Shown here piece after piece: positions 1 through 12,700 of a DNA stretch of 64,000 bases. The position numbers and the translations under genes are program-made. The stretch's first letter is position 1, and each line of letters opens with the position of its first letter. The stretch is from assembly GCF_020745735.1 (NCBI RefSeq), contig NC_083421.1, positions 32,789,001 through 32,853,000 on the forward strand, given 5' to 3'. The notes below the pieces were generated by a model. The model was not told the DNA's origin. It saw only the letters and a list, made by a program, of their open reading frames with translations, and searched no databases. The stretch comes from Hemiscyllium ocellatum. Its lineage: Eukaryota.

Positions 1-1092
1 AATTTCCAGCCAAATGGATTCAACCTTATTGTCCGTAGAAGTTATACCATCTCTCAGCACTGCCCTGATGTGGTCCTTGAATATCAGAGCTATACCACAT
101 CCCTTACCTTCCTGTCTGTCCTTCTGAATAGGCTGATACCTCTGGATATTTAACTCTGGACGTCCTATAACCATATCTCCTTGATGGCTACCAAATTATA
201 TTCATTTGCCTGATTTGTGCAGTTAACTCATCAACCTTGTTACGAATATTACGAGAATTCAGGTAAAGTGCCCTTTTGCTAGTTTTTGTACTCTCACGAT
301 TTCCAACATCTCGAATAATACCTCCTAAGTTATTCTTCCTTTTCACTTCTTTCACAGTCTACCATGTAGTTAAACCTTCCTGCACACAGGCTAACCTGCT
401 GTTTGCCCTTTTATTTAGCATCATACTTCCTGTTGTTTTCCCCTTCCCTTCCCCTGACTCACTGTTTAAAATCCAAGTGACCACCCTATTTATCCTTTTC
501 ACCAGAACACTGATTCCGGATCAGTTCAGGTGGAGACCATCCCCTCGGTACAAATCCCTCCATTTCCAAAAGTGATGCTAATACCTCATGAAATGGAACG
601 CCTCTTTCCCACACCATTACCTTAGCCACATACTTACTTCCCTAATTTTTTTGTCCTTAAACCAATTTACACATGGCTCGGGTAGTAATCCGGAGATTGT
701 AACCCTTGAGGGCCTGTTCCTTAATTTCATTCCGAGTGCTTAATAATCCTCAAACAGGTCTTCCATCTTAGCCTTGCTTACGTTGTTTGTCCCTACGTGG
801 ATCACAGCAACTGAATCCTCGCCCTCCCCCTCCATTATCCTTTCAAGCCGGTCAGAGCTGTCCTGCACCCTGGCACCGGGAAGACAGCACACCATGCGGG
901 ACTCCTGATCCGTCTTGCAAGGGATACTATCTGTCCCCCTAATTATAGAATCCCTTATAACTACCACTTGTCTTTGTGCTCCTCCCCCCCCCTTTTTGAA
1001 TAGCTTCCTGTACCATGGTGCAGTGGTCAGCTGGCTCATCAACCCCGCAGCCTTTTTCCTCATCCACACAGAGAGCAATACCTCATACCTGG
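1..1092 (-). mobile_element. CR1-clade LINE, 5' part: ORF1 SGNH/GDSL-esterase domain (~740-1000) and start of ORF2 APE endonuclease (~270 to window edge); decayed
   Basis: ORF 740..1078 has VVVIRDSIIRG...CLPGARVQD...VIHVGTNN, the esterase blocks typical of CR1 ORF1. The minus strand near 1-270 reads like an APE N-terminus (LYLNSRNIRNKVDEL). Confidence 0.88.
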
Positions 1093-2068
1093 TTCAGAAT
1101 ATTTTAACTTGAGATTTTTCTTAAATAGATGAAGGTACTTTTTTAATGGCTGATCAGTGGAAATCTTGCTCATTTTTGGTATTAAATTCAAATCTAAAGA
1201 TCATGCACATATTTCAGAAAAGTTGAGAATTTAATGGAGCATTTTCAGCTTTACTATTGAATTTTCCAGAGCCTAATGCAATGTGACTTGTGGCCATTTT
1301 CAATTGGAGTTGCAATTAACTCTCCAGTCAGCAAGGCACATGCCCTTTTCATTGAAAACCAATTAAATTGGACTCCAGGGAGAGCATGTTAGATTCATAG
1401 AAGGATGTCATGTTCTTATGGGCATTTGGAAGCTAATTTTGTCAGAAGATCAGTCAACGGGGTAATTGGCTAATGCCCCGTATTCTTTAAAAAGGAACGA
1501 AAGGGCCAAGGACATCAATATTTAAGTGAGTAATTGAGACCCTCTTCTATACTGAAGTGATTGATATCAAGATGTAATGTAAACACGAGTATGAAAATTT
1601 GTTTCTGTTCCTTCTGTTCCCTTTTGTGACTTTAGGACACTCGTGAAAGATTGAGCTATTAGTTAAGTACACAAGGAGCAATATCAGTTGCAGCACATGA
1701 ACTTGTAATAAAGCTATTTGGTCCCAATTTCCTTTTCTCATAATATGAAATGGTGCATCTATATTGTCTTTTGTCCATTTTGTTATTACAATTAGAGTTC
1801 CAACTCATTTCTGATATGAGTTTAAGAGCCTTCAGATTTGACAGATTTTTACAGCACAAATGATAACAACAGATTTGCATAAGTAAATTAATGAATGAGT
1901 AATTGGCATTCATCAATGTATGAACTGGCTGTGTGAAGGAAAGGTGTAAAAATGAAACTATCCAGCGATTTGAATGAACTAAATTAACTAAATCCAAAAT
2001 TAGTCTGGATCAGTCCCACTTCTTGCAAATCATAAAAGAAAGAGATGAACTATTAATTAATTTAGCAG

Positions 2069-2236
2069 TTAGTAGAAAGTGAGGACTGCAGATGCGGGAG
2101 ATCAGAGCTGAAAAATGTGTTGCTGGAAAAGTGCAGCAGGTCAGGCAGCATCCAAGGAGCAGGAGAAACATTGATTCTCCTGCTCCTTGGATGCTGCCTG
2201 ACCTGCTGCGCTTTTCCAGCAACACATCTTTCAGCT
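2069..2236. mobile_element. Palindromic PLE-terminus mini-element (family A), HHR core deleted
   Basis: Inverted arms of ...gctggaaaagtgcagcaggtcaggcagcatccaagg...; extra ~35-nt tail on the left arm only; TSD ttaatttagcag at 2057-2068 and 2237-2248. Confidence 0.85.
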
Positions 2237-2264
2237 TTAATTTAGCAGCTGTTTAAGAGATTAT

Positions 2265-2558
2265 TAGATTAGATTCCCGATAGTCTGGAAACAGGTCCTT
2301 AGGCCCCACAAGTTCATACCGATCCTCTGAAGAGCAACCCATCCAGACCCATTCCATTATATTCACTTCTGACAAATAAATCTAACACTACATGCAATTT
2401 AGCATGGCCAATTCACCTAACCTGCACATCTTTGGACTGGAGGAAACCCACGCAGACAATGTACAAACTCCACACAAACAGTTACCCGAGGCAAGAATTG
2501 AACCCAAGTCTCTGGCTCTGTGAGGCAGCAGTGCTAACCACTGGGCCATCATGCCACC
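2265..2558 (-). mobile_element. HE1-type V-SINE
   Basis: tRNA-derived head (A/B boxes), V-domain tgtgtggagtttg, CR1-like 3' tail ending in (aatct)n. Confidence 0.9.
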
Positions 2559-2705
2559 TACTTGTATAGAACAATCACTTCTATTTGGCAACATGTGATG
2601 GCATTCAATTTTGCTTTGTCATCCTTAAACCCTGAGATTTTCATAGCTGAGCTATTTCATATGTTATGGAAAGCGGTAATTTTGTTTTGACTTGCGTAAA
2701 CAAGT

Positions 2706-3017
2706 GGGCAGCACGGTGGCACAGTGGTTAGCACTGCTGCCTCACAGCGCCAGGGACCTGGGTTCAATTCCCGCCTCAGACGACTGTCTGTGTGGAGTTT
2801 GCACATTCTCCCCGTGTCTGCATGGGTTTCCTCCGGGTGCTCCGGTTTTCTCCCACAGTCCAGAGATGTGCGGGTCAGGTGAATTGGCCATGCTAAATTG
2901 CCCGTAGTGTTAGGTAAGGGGTATATGTAGGGGTATGGGTGGGTTGCGCTATGGCGGGTCAGTGTGGACTTGTTGGGCCGAAGGGCCTGTTTCCACACTG
3001 TGAGTAATCTAATCTAA
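2706..3017 (+). mobile_element. HE1-type V-SINE, young subfamily
   Basis: gggcagcacggtggcacagtggttagc...ggttcaattcc...gggcctgtttccacactg...aatctaatct. Confidence 0.95.
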
Positions 3018-3375
3018 GTAAGCACACATGCCAAGTAGGTGAACTGATTGCACTTTCAAAGTTGCATCTGTGATGGGAGATTACTATTTGGAATGCTACA
3101 CTGGATCACCTCTGCTGGTTGTAACTGACGTGCAAGGTGGTTTCAAGACTTTTCTAGTTTTCTTATGAAGAGGGCATAAAGATATGGATGGGTTAAGTGA
3201 ATAGGCGAAGATCTGTCAAATAGAATAGAATGTGAAAAAGTGTGAAATTGGTCATTTTGGCAGAAAGAATAAAAAGCATGTTACCTAAATGGTGAGAGGT
3301 TCCAGAGTTCTGAGACGCAGAGGGATGTGGGTGTCGTTGTGCATGAATCACGGAAGATTGGCAAACAGGTACAGC

Positions 3376-3470
3376 CCTTTTGCCCGAAACATTGATTTTC
3401 CTGCTCCTCGGATGCTGCCTGACCTGTTGTGATTTTCCAGCACCACCCTAATCTGGACTCTCACCTTCAC
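3376..3470 (+). mobile_element. Short PLE terminal fragment with partial HHR
   Basis: gcccgaaacattgattttcctgctcctcggatgctgcc; 14-bp TSD caa(a/g)caggtacagc at 3362-3375 and 3471-3484. Confidence 0.75.
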
Positions 3471-3521
3471 CAAGCAGGTACAGCAAGTAATCAGGAAAGT
3501 TAATAGAATGTTGTGTTTTAT

Positions 3522-3844
3522 GATTAGATTAGATTCCCAACAGTGATGGAAACAGGCCCTTTGGCCCAACAGTCCACACCGACCCTCCGAAGAGCAACCC
3601 ACCCACTCCCCTACATTTACCCATGACTAATCCACCTAACACTAGCAGCAATTTAGCATGGCCAATTCACCTGGCCTGCACATCTTTGTAACTGTGGAAG
3701 GAAACTGGAGCACCCGGAGGAAACCCACACAGATACGGGGAGAATGTGCAAACTCCACACGGACTGTTGCCCAAGCCGGGAATTAAACCCAGGTCCCTGG
3801 CGCTGTGAGGTAGCAGTGCTCACCACTGAGCCACCGTGACGTCC
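3522..3844 (-). mobile_element. HE1-type V-SINE
   Basis: Full head, V-domain and tail; flanked by ttatgat on both sides. Confidence 0.92.
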
Positions 3845-4424
3845 GTTATGATGAGGGAAATTGAATGCAAGAGTGGGGAAACTATGCTGCAGTTACACAA
3901 GGCATTAATATGACTACATTTGGAGTACTGTGCACATTACTGGTCATTGTACTTGCAAAAGGATGTGAATGCTATGGAATCAGTTCAGAGAGGATTTACT
4001 GGAACAAATGGATTGCCTTCTGAGGAACGATTAGACAGGCTGGGCCTATACTTCCTGGAGTTTAGGAGAGTCAGAGGTGACTTAATTGAAACCTGGGAGA
4101 TGCTGAGGGGGCTTTACTGAGTGGATTTTGAATTGATCGCACTTCAAAAAGCTGAAGAGTTCAAATACTGCGTAACAGACTGTGTCGACCTTTCTACATA
4201 GCACCATTCTTTGATCCAAAATTTTTATTACATGTGGAGGTTTAGGAATGATCTTTATTATTCTGAAACATTTATTCATAATTCCAGCACTTGAATGCTT
4301 TAATCGTGTATCTTTTTTTTAATATATTGTATTGTAAAGGATGGTTACTTGTGTGCAAAAATTAGTGCTGGGAATCATTGTTTAAAATAACAGGGTGCCC
4401 ATTTCAGACAATGATGAAGGAAAA

Positions 4425-4650
4425 ACATTAGGGTTTGAGAGTCTTTGGAATTTGGTTCCGCAACTGATACAGAGGTTGATAGATTCTGGACTGCTAAGGG
4501 CATTCAAGATTTTTGTGGGTATATAGGAATGTAACATTGAGGTTAAAGTCGATATACAGGAATGTAACATTGAGCTTAAAATCAGATCAGCCATGACCTT
4601 AATGCAGAAAGGAGCAATCTCCCAAGCCCACAAGTAGTCTTGTTCCTTGT
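4425..4650 (+). mobile_element. Old CR1 3' end fragment
   Basis: gaggttgatagatt...atcagatcagccatgacctt resembles a CR1 3' UTR; contains a local ~33-bp-period duplication at 4522-4580. Confidence 0.55.
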
Positions 4651-6817
4651 TAATATTGACTGTAACGAACATTGAAACTTAGATCTGTGAGGTCTGTGCC
4701 ATTCTGTGTGGCATTATCCCTGGTCAGGAATTAAATTGATTTTAAGATATTTTTCCTCAGTTACTTTCAACGGACTGTAAATTTGATCATGTTTTAGTAA
4801 TTCATGAATACGACAGTGCACTGCAATCCTCACTCCTGGTTATTTTGTTGCATTCATAATAAATTAGCATATCAAGGCTTTGTTTATGCTTTAAATTTAC
4901 AAAAGACATTGAGATGGTAGAATCAAAATTGAATTCCTTTTTGTTCCTGTCAGTTGATGGAGATATACGCTCGCTGGTGACCTGAAAGGACAATAATTAT
5001 TTCTGATTCTGCCTTCTTGGTATTTTTTCTGTTTGAGCTTTTCTGTCCTTACTTTACTGCAATTTATCTTTATCTTGGAATTGTGTTGCAATAAAGTGAA
5101 AGAAAAAGGCAGGAATAGCTTTAAACAAAGATCAAAGGAGATTTCCTAATTAAACATTTTGTAAGTGATTGCTTGGTATGGATTAAGTGGTACTCTGATG
5201 GTATAATTGTGCAGATTGTTCCACACATTTTAAGGTGAAAATTACCATTGAAGTCATCCTTGATCCAAAGGGTTTTGTAAAGGATTTGAGTAACACATGG
5301 AGGATTACAATCTGTCCTATTATTTTTCTGGTAGTTCTGGATGCTGATGTTGTTATCATACTGTATAGAAATACCTTTTTTTAAAACTACTTGTTTTCAA
5401 TTGACACTTGTCAGGCTAAGACAAAGGACAAAGAATTAACCAAAGAATTATCAAGAAATTATTTCTTGATAATAAAAATAACTGAAATGGACTGTTGTTG
5501 TACGTGTGTTGAAGATGTGTTGTGAGAATATGACTTGGAAAGTGGAGCATTGCGTGCAATGAGAGTTGTGCAAGTTAGCAGTGTTTGAGTAACTCAGAGA
5601 TGGATGGTTGACTGCAAACTGAATGATAGGCATTGTGATTCACCATTCTACACTGCTTCGAAAAGACCCTTACTTGACCATATTCTTTAATACCTCATCA
5701 GGAACAGATAGCATACACAAATATTGCTGTGTATAGGGTAGGTTTTCAGCTTGCAGTTTGCACCTGAAGCTGACTTTGTAGTCTAAAAGATTATGAGAAA
5801 TATGGAAACATTTGCATTTCCATTGATTCCTGTTTCTCTTGCAAGTGCCCAGAGTGCAATTTCAGCTTTACGCCCAAACACTAGCACAGAAGTAAACCCA
5901 TCAGTCTCTGAGATCCTACACACGTGCCTAAAAAATTAAGTTGAATTATTAGTTTGGAATGCAAAATTGAACTTCATTACTGTGCAAAGAACATGAACGC
6001 AGAATCTTAATTAGAAGAAATTCTAAACTCTGCAAGATGATGTTGTACTTGTATGATATTGTCACTTCTTATTTGCTACAAGGCAACAGAAAATTGTATT
6101 CAAACCAGAATATCGGTTCTAAAATGTAAATGCGGATTATGCTATAAAATGTGTCTGATAATTAAAAGCTCTTCATTGGTAGATTGTTTCATCGGCATTT
6201 GCTATAAAAACTCAATTTGTTCAAATGCTAATCAGACTACCCACCCATACGTTTTCCATGATGGCATTTTATTGAAGAAATAAATGAAATGATCTCGAAG
6301 CAGCAAGACATTGGGATCACTTATGCCTACTTCTTGAATGCTAGACTACCTTTAAAGTTTCATAATGGCACACAAGGTTTTGTGATAAATCTGATCGCGC
6401 ATCATATTGATGTAGTAATTAACATGTGAAGTGAAGCTGAGTAATGAATATGGATGAGGAATTAACGTAGAACTGCTGAGTTTTATGCATGTCGGCAGAT
6501 CACAATGTCATTGTTGATTCAGCACCAGTGCATTCATTTTACAGCTGAATCTTCCAGGGAAAACGCTTCCTGAAACCTTGCACAACCCAATACATATTCA
6601 CCACTAGAAAGGACATCCTTCATCGCCCTATGTAAAGAAATCATCACTTGCTGGTTGATTTGATCTGGTTTTGGCATCATTATACATTTGACTGGTGCCC
6701 TCTACAATAGTTCCAGTTTACAAGAGAGTAAAAGGAGTAGTGCAACAGGTACTGACGGAGGTCTTGCTGACATTAAAGATTCTTCCAAAATTGATTTGTT
6801 TCCAGATTTCCAAATGC

Positions 6818-7392
6818 ATATACATTGGTTGCGCCACTTTTGGAATGTTGCATGCAATTCAGGTCTACTTTCTATCAGAAGGATGTTATGAATCTTGAAA
6901 GGGTTCAGAAAAGATTTACAAAGTTGTTGCCAAGGTTGGAGGATTTGAGCTACAGGGAGAGGTTGAATAGACTGGGGCTGTTTTCCATGGAGCTTCGGAG
7001 GCTGAGGGGTGATCTTATGGAGGGTTTTATAATCACGAGGGGCATGGATAGGACAAATAGCCAAAGTTTCTTCCCTCAGGTGGGAGAGTCCAGAACTAGA
7101 GGGCATAGGTTTAGGGTGAGGCGGAAAAGATAAAAAAGAGACCTAATGGGCAATCTTTTCACACAGAGGGTGGTACGTGTATGGAATGAGCTGCCCGAGG
7201 AAGTGGTGGAAGCTTGGTACAATTGCAACGTTGAAAGGCACCTGGATGGGTATATGAATAAGAAAGGTTTAAAGAGATATGAGCCGGGTGCTGGCAGGTG
7301 GGACTAGATTGGGTTGGGATATCTGGCCGGCATGAACGAGTTGAATCGAAGGGTCTTTTTCCGAGCTGTTCGTCTTTATGACTCCATGACTG
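6818..7392 (+). mobile_element. HER1-like CR1 LINE 3' portion
   Basis: LERVQKRFTKLLPRLEDLSYRERLNRLGLFSMELRRLRGDL; 3' UTR and (atgactct)-like tail. Confidence 0.95.
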
Positions 7393-8921
7393 GTATTTAG
7401 AGGCACAGGTAGACACTTTGCTTGGATACTGAATGATGAACACTGGCCATACAAAGCAAATCAAGCCAGTGGAAAGAAGTGCAGAAGAACATTAGAAAGG
7501 GTATTTGGCAGGGCTCTGTGTTCACCTCAAAATGTGTGGGAAGCAGCTCTCTTCCCTGAATCTCAGTGAATGTGTGGGATTTTCTCCTTCCCTCAGGAGC
7601 CAGTGAGATCGCAGAAAGAGCAAAAAATTGTGCAATTAGCCCTGTAGAGAGATTTGCTGCTTTCCTGACATCGCTGCAATTAGTTTCTGGCCAAGAATGT
7701 GCAAAACTGAACTTGTTGGCCTGCCACCAATGAATAGTCTTCTTTGCAGCAGCTTGTCAATTTGCCATTCACTCCTGTGTAAACAAGGTCATTGATCTGG
7801 TGGTCCCCTGTAATATTTATTGTGCACTCTATAATAAAGCATTGACGTACACTATAGCAAGAAAGTAATCAGAAGTGCCAACAATGCGACATTTGTATCT
7901 TTTACCTGTTTCTCTAGTCGCACAAGTGATGGTTTCAACTTCCTATGCAAGTCCTAGCAATCTCAAGACCTTATTGAAGGAACTAGGACTTGTTGAAATA
8001 GGTTTCCAACCATTTTCTATGATCAGTAAAGTGGCTGTTACCAACTCCAAATAACAGGAACAATACCACCACTCCAAGTGGTCTCTCTGCAAGCTCCTTT
8101 GCTAAGCTTCTAATTTATGTAATTTTGACTCATAGCTCTTATGCTAGGAGCAGATTCTGGACTTCACCTGAGCTGCTGCATTACATCTCATGGACCTTAA
8201 GCCAGGTTCGCCCAATTCCACTATAATACAAACACCTCTGACCTGCATCTGACAACCTTTATGTAATTAATAAGTTTCAAGTGTGTTATTGACTTCAAAT
8301 GTGACTTTGAAATTCACCATCAAGCAGTTTCTGCAATAACCACAGTATGCTTATTAAGTCCATTTTGTTTTCTTTAAATGCAGAATACTTGAGTGTTTAA
8401 TTTCCTTTGTCATCAAATGGCACATGCATCAGTTTTATCTCACTCCTTTAATAGAGTCTGCCTTCCTCAGCTTGACCGCACACTTAGTTTACTATTACCT
8501 GCATAGTTGAGCAGGTTTATGCATTCATATTGTTAATGTAGAGATGCAACTGTAGCGATCTTAAGCCAGCATTTCTCCCTCGTTTTAAAGTCAACCTTTA
8601 TATTTTCTCACAACAAGTGCCTTTTACTTTTGCAATTGCAGTCAATTCCTTATCGATATGCAGATTTTTCTTTGTAATAGAGAGTATAGTGTGATAATGA
8701 TAAGAATTCAAGGAGATTGTAAGGCAGAGGCACCGAGCAGCCGATCCGAACCTCTCGTGTAAACAGCCTGAATGTGTGTAGGCAGCGCTTGCCAGAATAG
8801 AATTTCTGAGTTTTGATTTTTCAGGAGCATCAGAAGCTATTGGGGTCTCAATGAGTTGGAAGCTTTAGTGAATATTTTCTGGCTGTTACTCTCTCCAAAT
8901 CTTCTCTTGATGTTTTTTTTC

Positions 8922-9455
8922 CATTCTGGTCTCCTTCCTATCGGAAAGATGTTATGAAACTTGAAAGGGTTCAGAAAAGATTTACAAGGCTGTTGCCAGG
9001 GTTGGAGGATTTGAGCTATAGGGAGAGGCTGAACAGGCTGCAGCTGTTTTCCCTGAAGCGTCAGAGGCGGAGGGGTGACCTTATAGAGGTTTACAAAATT
9101 TGAGGGACATGGATAGGATAAATAGACAAAGTCTTTTCCCTGGGATTAGGGAGTCCAGAACTAGAGGGCATAGGTTTAGGGTGAGAGGAGAAAGATATAA
9201 AAGAGACCTAAGGGGCAACTTTTTCACATAGAGGGTGGTTCATGTATGGAATGAGCTGCCAGAGGATGTGGTGGAGGCTGACACAATTGCAACATTTAAG
9301 AGGCATTTGGATGGGTATATGAATAGGAAGGGTTTGGTGGGATATGGGCCGGGTGCTGGCAGGTGGGAATAGATTGGGTTGGGATATTTGGTTGGCGTGG
9401 ACAGGTTGGACCGAAGGGTCTGTTTCCATGCTGTACATCTCTATGACTCTATAAC
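8922..9455 (+). mobile_element. HER1-like CR1 LINE 3' portion
   Basis: Near-identical to 6850-7390; tail ctctatgactcta. Confidence 0.95.
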
Positions 9456-10129
9456 TGCATGTGTGAATCTGCATCTGAATTTTCCTTTTTGCCAAAGAGC
9501 AATAGATACTGTATCCAATCCTAATAGATACTGTATCCAACAGAATTATTTTATTCTAAATTCCTATTTCTTCAGTTGTATTTTTAATTGCAGTGTTTAA
9601 ATAAATTGTGTTTTGCTTAGCATCAAGTAGTTTGATCAGTCACAGTGCATCTGGAGCATTACACTTCTCAACTACCTTTAAAATAAGAAAAAGTTAAGGT
9701 AGGCTACCTTCTTAAAATATTTTGAGGGGGTCTAGTCTGGTCCATCAGTGTGTTTGAAGAAACTTTATGTGGGTTTTTAGAAATCTTGAATATAGTCCTT
9801 CAAACGTTTAGGAACTCAGTCAGATATTCTCCATTCAAAACCATATTATTTGAAGGTTTGTAGATTGTTCCAAACAGATAATCCTCAAGTAGTTGATTAG
9901 TTCTACTCCTGTGCTATTATTAGCATTCTTGTTGTCAAGAACAAGTTTTTTTCATCAAAGATTAATTCTATATGAGTTACGCTCTGGTTTATTATTACTT
10001 TCCCAGTGAGTCCTTCTCAAATATTCTCAGCACTTCACTAGCTTCTGCTGTCATCTCCCTTATAACCCTCCGTAGACTTCATTTGTAACCAGGGATTTGT
10101 TCAGTTTAGAAAATTATTGCTTCTTTATC

Positions 10130-11020
10130 CTGTCCTGAGGTTGATGTTCCAAAGTTTTGTACTGGCCCCATCACTTTCAGCTGCTTCATCAATGACCTTC
10201 CTCCATCAAAAGGTCAAAAATGAGGATGTTGACTAATGATTGTACAATGTTCAGCACTATTCATGATTCCTCAAATACTGAAGCAGTCCGTTTCCAAATG
10301 CAGCAAGACCTTGTCAATATCCAACTTTGGGCTGACAGCTGGCAGTAACATTTGCGCCACACAAATACCAGGCAATGACCATCTTCAACAGGAGAGAATC
10401 TAATCATTGCTTGACATTCATCGATGTTACCATCATTAAATCCCCACTATCAACATACTGGGGGTCACCACTCGCCAGAAACTGAACCGGAACAGCCATA
10501 TAAATACAAGAGTAGTTCAGAGGCCAGGAATTCTGCAGGCAGGAACTCACCTCAAAACCTGTTCATCATTCACAAGGTGCAAGTTGGAAATGTGAAAGAA
10601 TACCCCTCCACATGCATGGATGAATGTAGCTCTCACCACATTGAAGAAGCTTGATACTATCCAGGACAAAGTAACCCACTATATTGGCACCACATCCTCA
10701 AACATCCACTCGTTCCAACACCAATGTTCAGGAGCAGTAATATGTACCACCTACAAAATTCCTCAAGAATTCTTCAGGCAGAGCTTCTAGATGTAATCCC
10801 CTGACCACTTGCGTTCCTGATTTGGATATATCCTCCATTCCTTCAGTGTTGTCGGGTCAAAATCTTAGAACACCCTTGGAAACAGCATTTTGGCTCTACT
10901 TACAGCAAATGGACTGTTGTAGTTCAAAAGGTAGCTCACCACCATTACCTCAAGGGGCAACTAGGGAGGGCAATAAATGTTGTCCAGCTTACGACACCCA
11001 CATCCTTACCATTCAATTAG
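10130..11020 (+). mobile_element. Second CR1/L2-group LINE family, RT C-terminus and 3' UTR (decayed)
   Basis: Translates to GP..FSCFINDLP...QQDLVNIQLWADSWQ.TFAPHK; 3' end gggcaactagggagggcaataaatg...cacccacatcc. Confidence 0.85.
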
Positions 11021-11235
11021 CTTAATTTTCACCCACATATAGCTTTTTAAAAAGTGCTTACACAAATGTGGTGTTTTCCTGTACTCTCTGAATTAATCTT
11101 TCTCATTATTCCAGAGTTTTACAAGTTTCCACCTGTTCCAAAGTTGAGTTAAATTTGGGGGAAAAAAAGAAGGAAAAGGTAACTACTTTGCCAACGCAGC
11201 TTCATTACCTCAGCAGAGATTTGACAATTCCTTGT

Positions 11236-11443
11236 AGACAAAATCAGACGTCACATGACACCAGGTTAGAGTCCGATAGGCTTATTTGAAATCACAAGCT
11301 TTCTGAGCACTGCTTCTTCATCAGGTGAAGGAGCAACAGTCTGAAAGCTTGTGATTTCAAATAAACCTGTTGAACTATAGCCTAGTGTTGTGTGACTTCA
11401 GATTTTGTCCACCCCAATCCAACACTGACATCTGCACATCATT
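11236..11443. mobile_element. Palindromic PLE-terminus mini-element (family B) with HHR
   Basis: Inverted arms gacaaaatc...aagcttt / aaagctt...gattttgtc; ~33-nt tail on the right arm; TSD aattccttgt at 11226-11235 and 11444-11453. Confidence 0.85.
11296..11324 (-). ncRNA. Minimal type I hammerhead ribozyme motif (family B)
   Basis: Minus strand: ucac-CUGAUGA-agaagcagugcuca-GAAAGCUU-guga; stem I ucac/guga; palindromic helix III; stem II imperfect. Confidence 0.7.
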
Positions 11444-12489
11444 AATTCCTTGTTGGGCAAATCTCTTGGTGTCATTCTCCCATAAAACTAGACTGTTTCT
11501 TCATCTGTTTCACAGCCCGGCTTTATATTTCCATTAACTTTACTGTTGAGATTCTGTTGAGCATACAATCGACATCTCACTCTCTTTCTCTCTCACGACC
11601 TTTCCCCTGTTTCATTCACTTTTTTGTTTTGTTTCTCTTGACATAGAGTTTGCTCCGAATGATGTGGGGATAGAGCATTTTACTCCTTTAGACAGTGTTG
11701 CAATATACCAGAGGGCATTTAGATTTTCAGTAACACTAGCTTACGTGGATGGGAGTAAATTCCAGGCACAAATCTCTTCCTGGGGTTAGGCACATTATAT
11801 GCCTAAGTAACTGCTGGAAACTCTGAACAAACTACAGTTGTTCCAATACAACTATCCTTCATTTCCAACCACACATGCCTTTGTGTGGTACATTTCACAG
11901 TTACTGGATTCTTTGGAAATTAATGCAGTGAAGACATTCTGTGAACATAAATTACATTTTGAGAGGTACAGAGCTGATTGCGTTTTGACATCTGATTCAG
12001 TTATGCTTTCTTGTCTTTGATGGGATTAGTGTAACATTAAAATCCCCTTACAAGAAAATGACACCTTGCCTGTTTAAGGCTCATTAATTTATTTCATTTT
12101 GCTCTTCAAATAATATTGTAAAGGTGACTGAGAATAATCCCAGCAGTAATATCTTGTAAATTTAATTTTTTCACATGTGCCATGGCCAACCTGTCATTTA
12201 TTCCTCTCAGTGCTCTCACAAGTCCAAATTTTCACTCCTCAACTTTGGCGAATGCATGTGAGAACTGTTGGTGGCTGATGCCATTCATTTTTGAACATGT
12301 TGCAAAAAGCCAAATAAGTTCTCCCTCAGTGATATAAAGTTACCGAGTTTTCTTTGCACTCTTAGAATGTTGTTTTCCACGGTATTTCTGAACTAAGTAT
12401 TTCTACCTGTCAATTTTTTGCTGAAAGTTACTTACAGCCAGGAACCATGACACACGGTACCCACTGGCATCCTGCAGATCTGCCTGTTG

Positions 12490-12700
12490 TCCATTGTGGA
12501 GGAGTTTACTGGCCAATATGTGTCTCCCGCATTGCATCAATAAAACAGATTAAATGTTGATTTATTACAGTAAAATAGTTCGGCTGTTGTATATCCCTAC
12601 ATTGCAGCAGTGACAACATTACTAAAGGACATATTTGGCTGCTGAGCAGTCTGTTCTAAGATCATGAAAAGTTCTGTCGAAATGTAAATTCTTCATTTTT
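12490..12700 (+). mobile_element. Deu-domain SINE (SacSINE1/AmnSINE1-like) 3' relic
   Basis: ctggccaatat...aaaacagatt...cctacattgcagcagtgac...ttggctg...tcatgaaa matches the recalled DeuSINE 3' part. Confidence 0.6.

Larger units (their letters stand above)
3165..4120 (+). mobile_element. Old CR1 LINE RT fragment, interrupted by a PLE fragment and an HE1 SINE
   Basis: LEYCAHYWSLY..KDV.AMESVQRGFT..EERLDRLGLY.LE.RR.RGDLIET, the CR1 ORF2 C-terminal region. Confidence 0.85.

Noticed and set aside
2657-2998. Recurrent ~110-aa ORF MWKQALRPNKST... (also 15315 and 17977)
   Set aside because: Antisense translation of HE1 SINE copies.
4950-4995. Splice-acceptor-like motifs on both strands
   Set aside because: No convincing donor and no recognisable peptide.
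9501-9541. 18-bp direct repeat aatagatactgtatccaa x2 (similar small duplications at 4522-4580 and 59860-59898)
   Set aside because: Ordinary local slippage duplications.
12437-12484. Minus-strand 48-nt frame ending at gtaagt (ADLQDASGYRVSWFLA)
   Set aside because: The acceptor lacks a pyrimidine tract and abuts a SINE relic.
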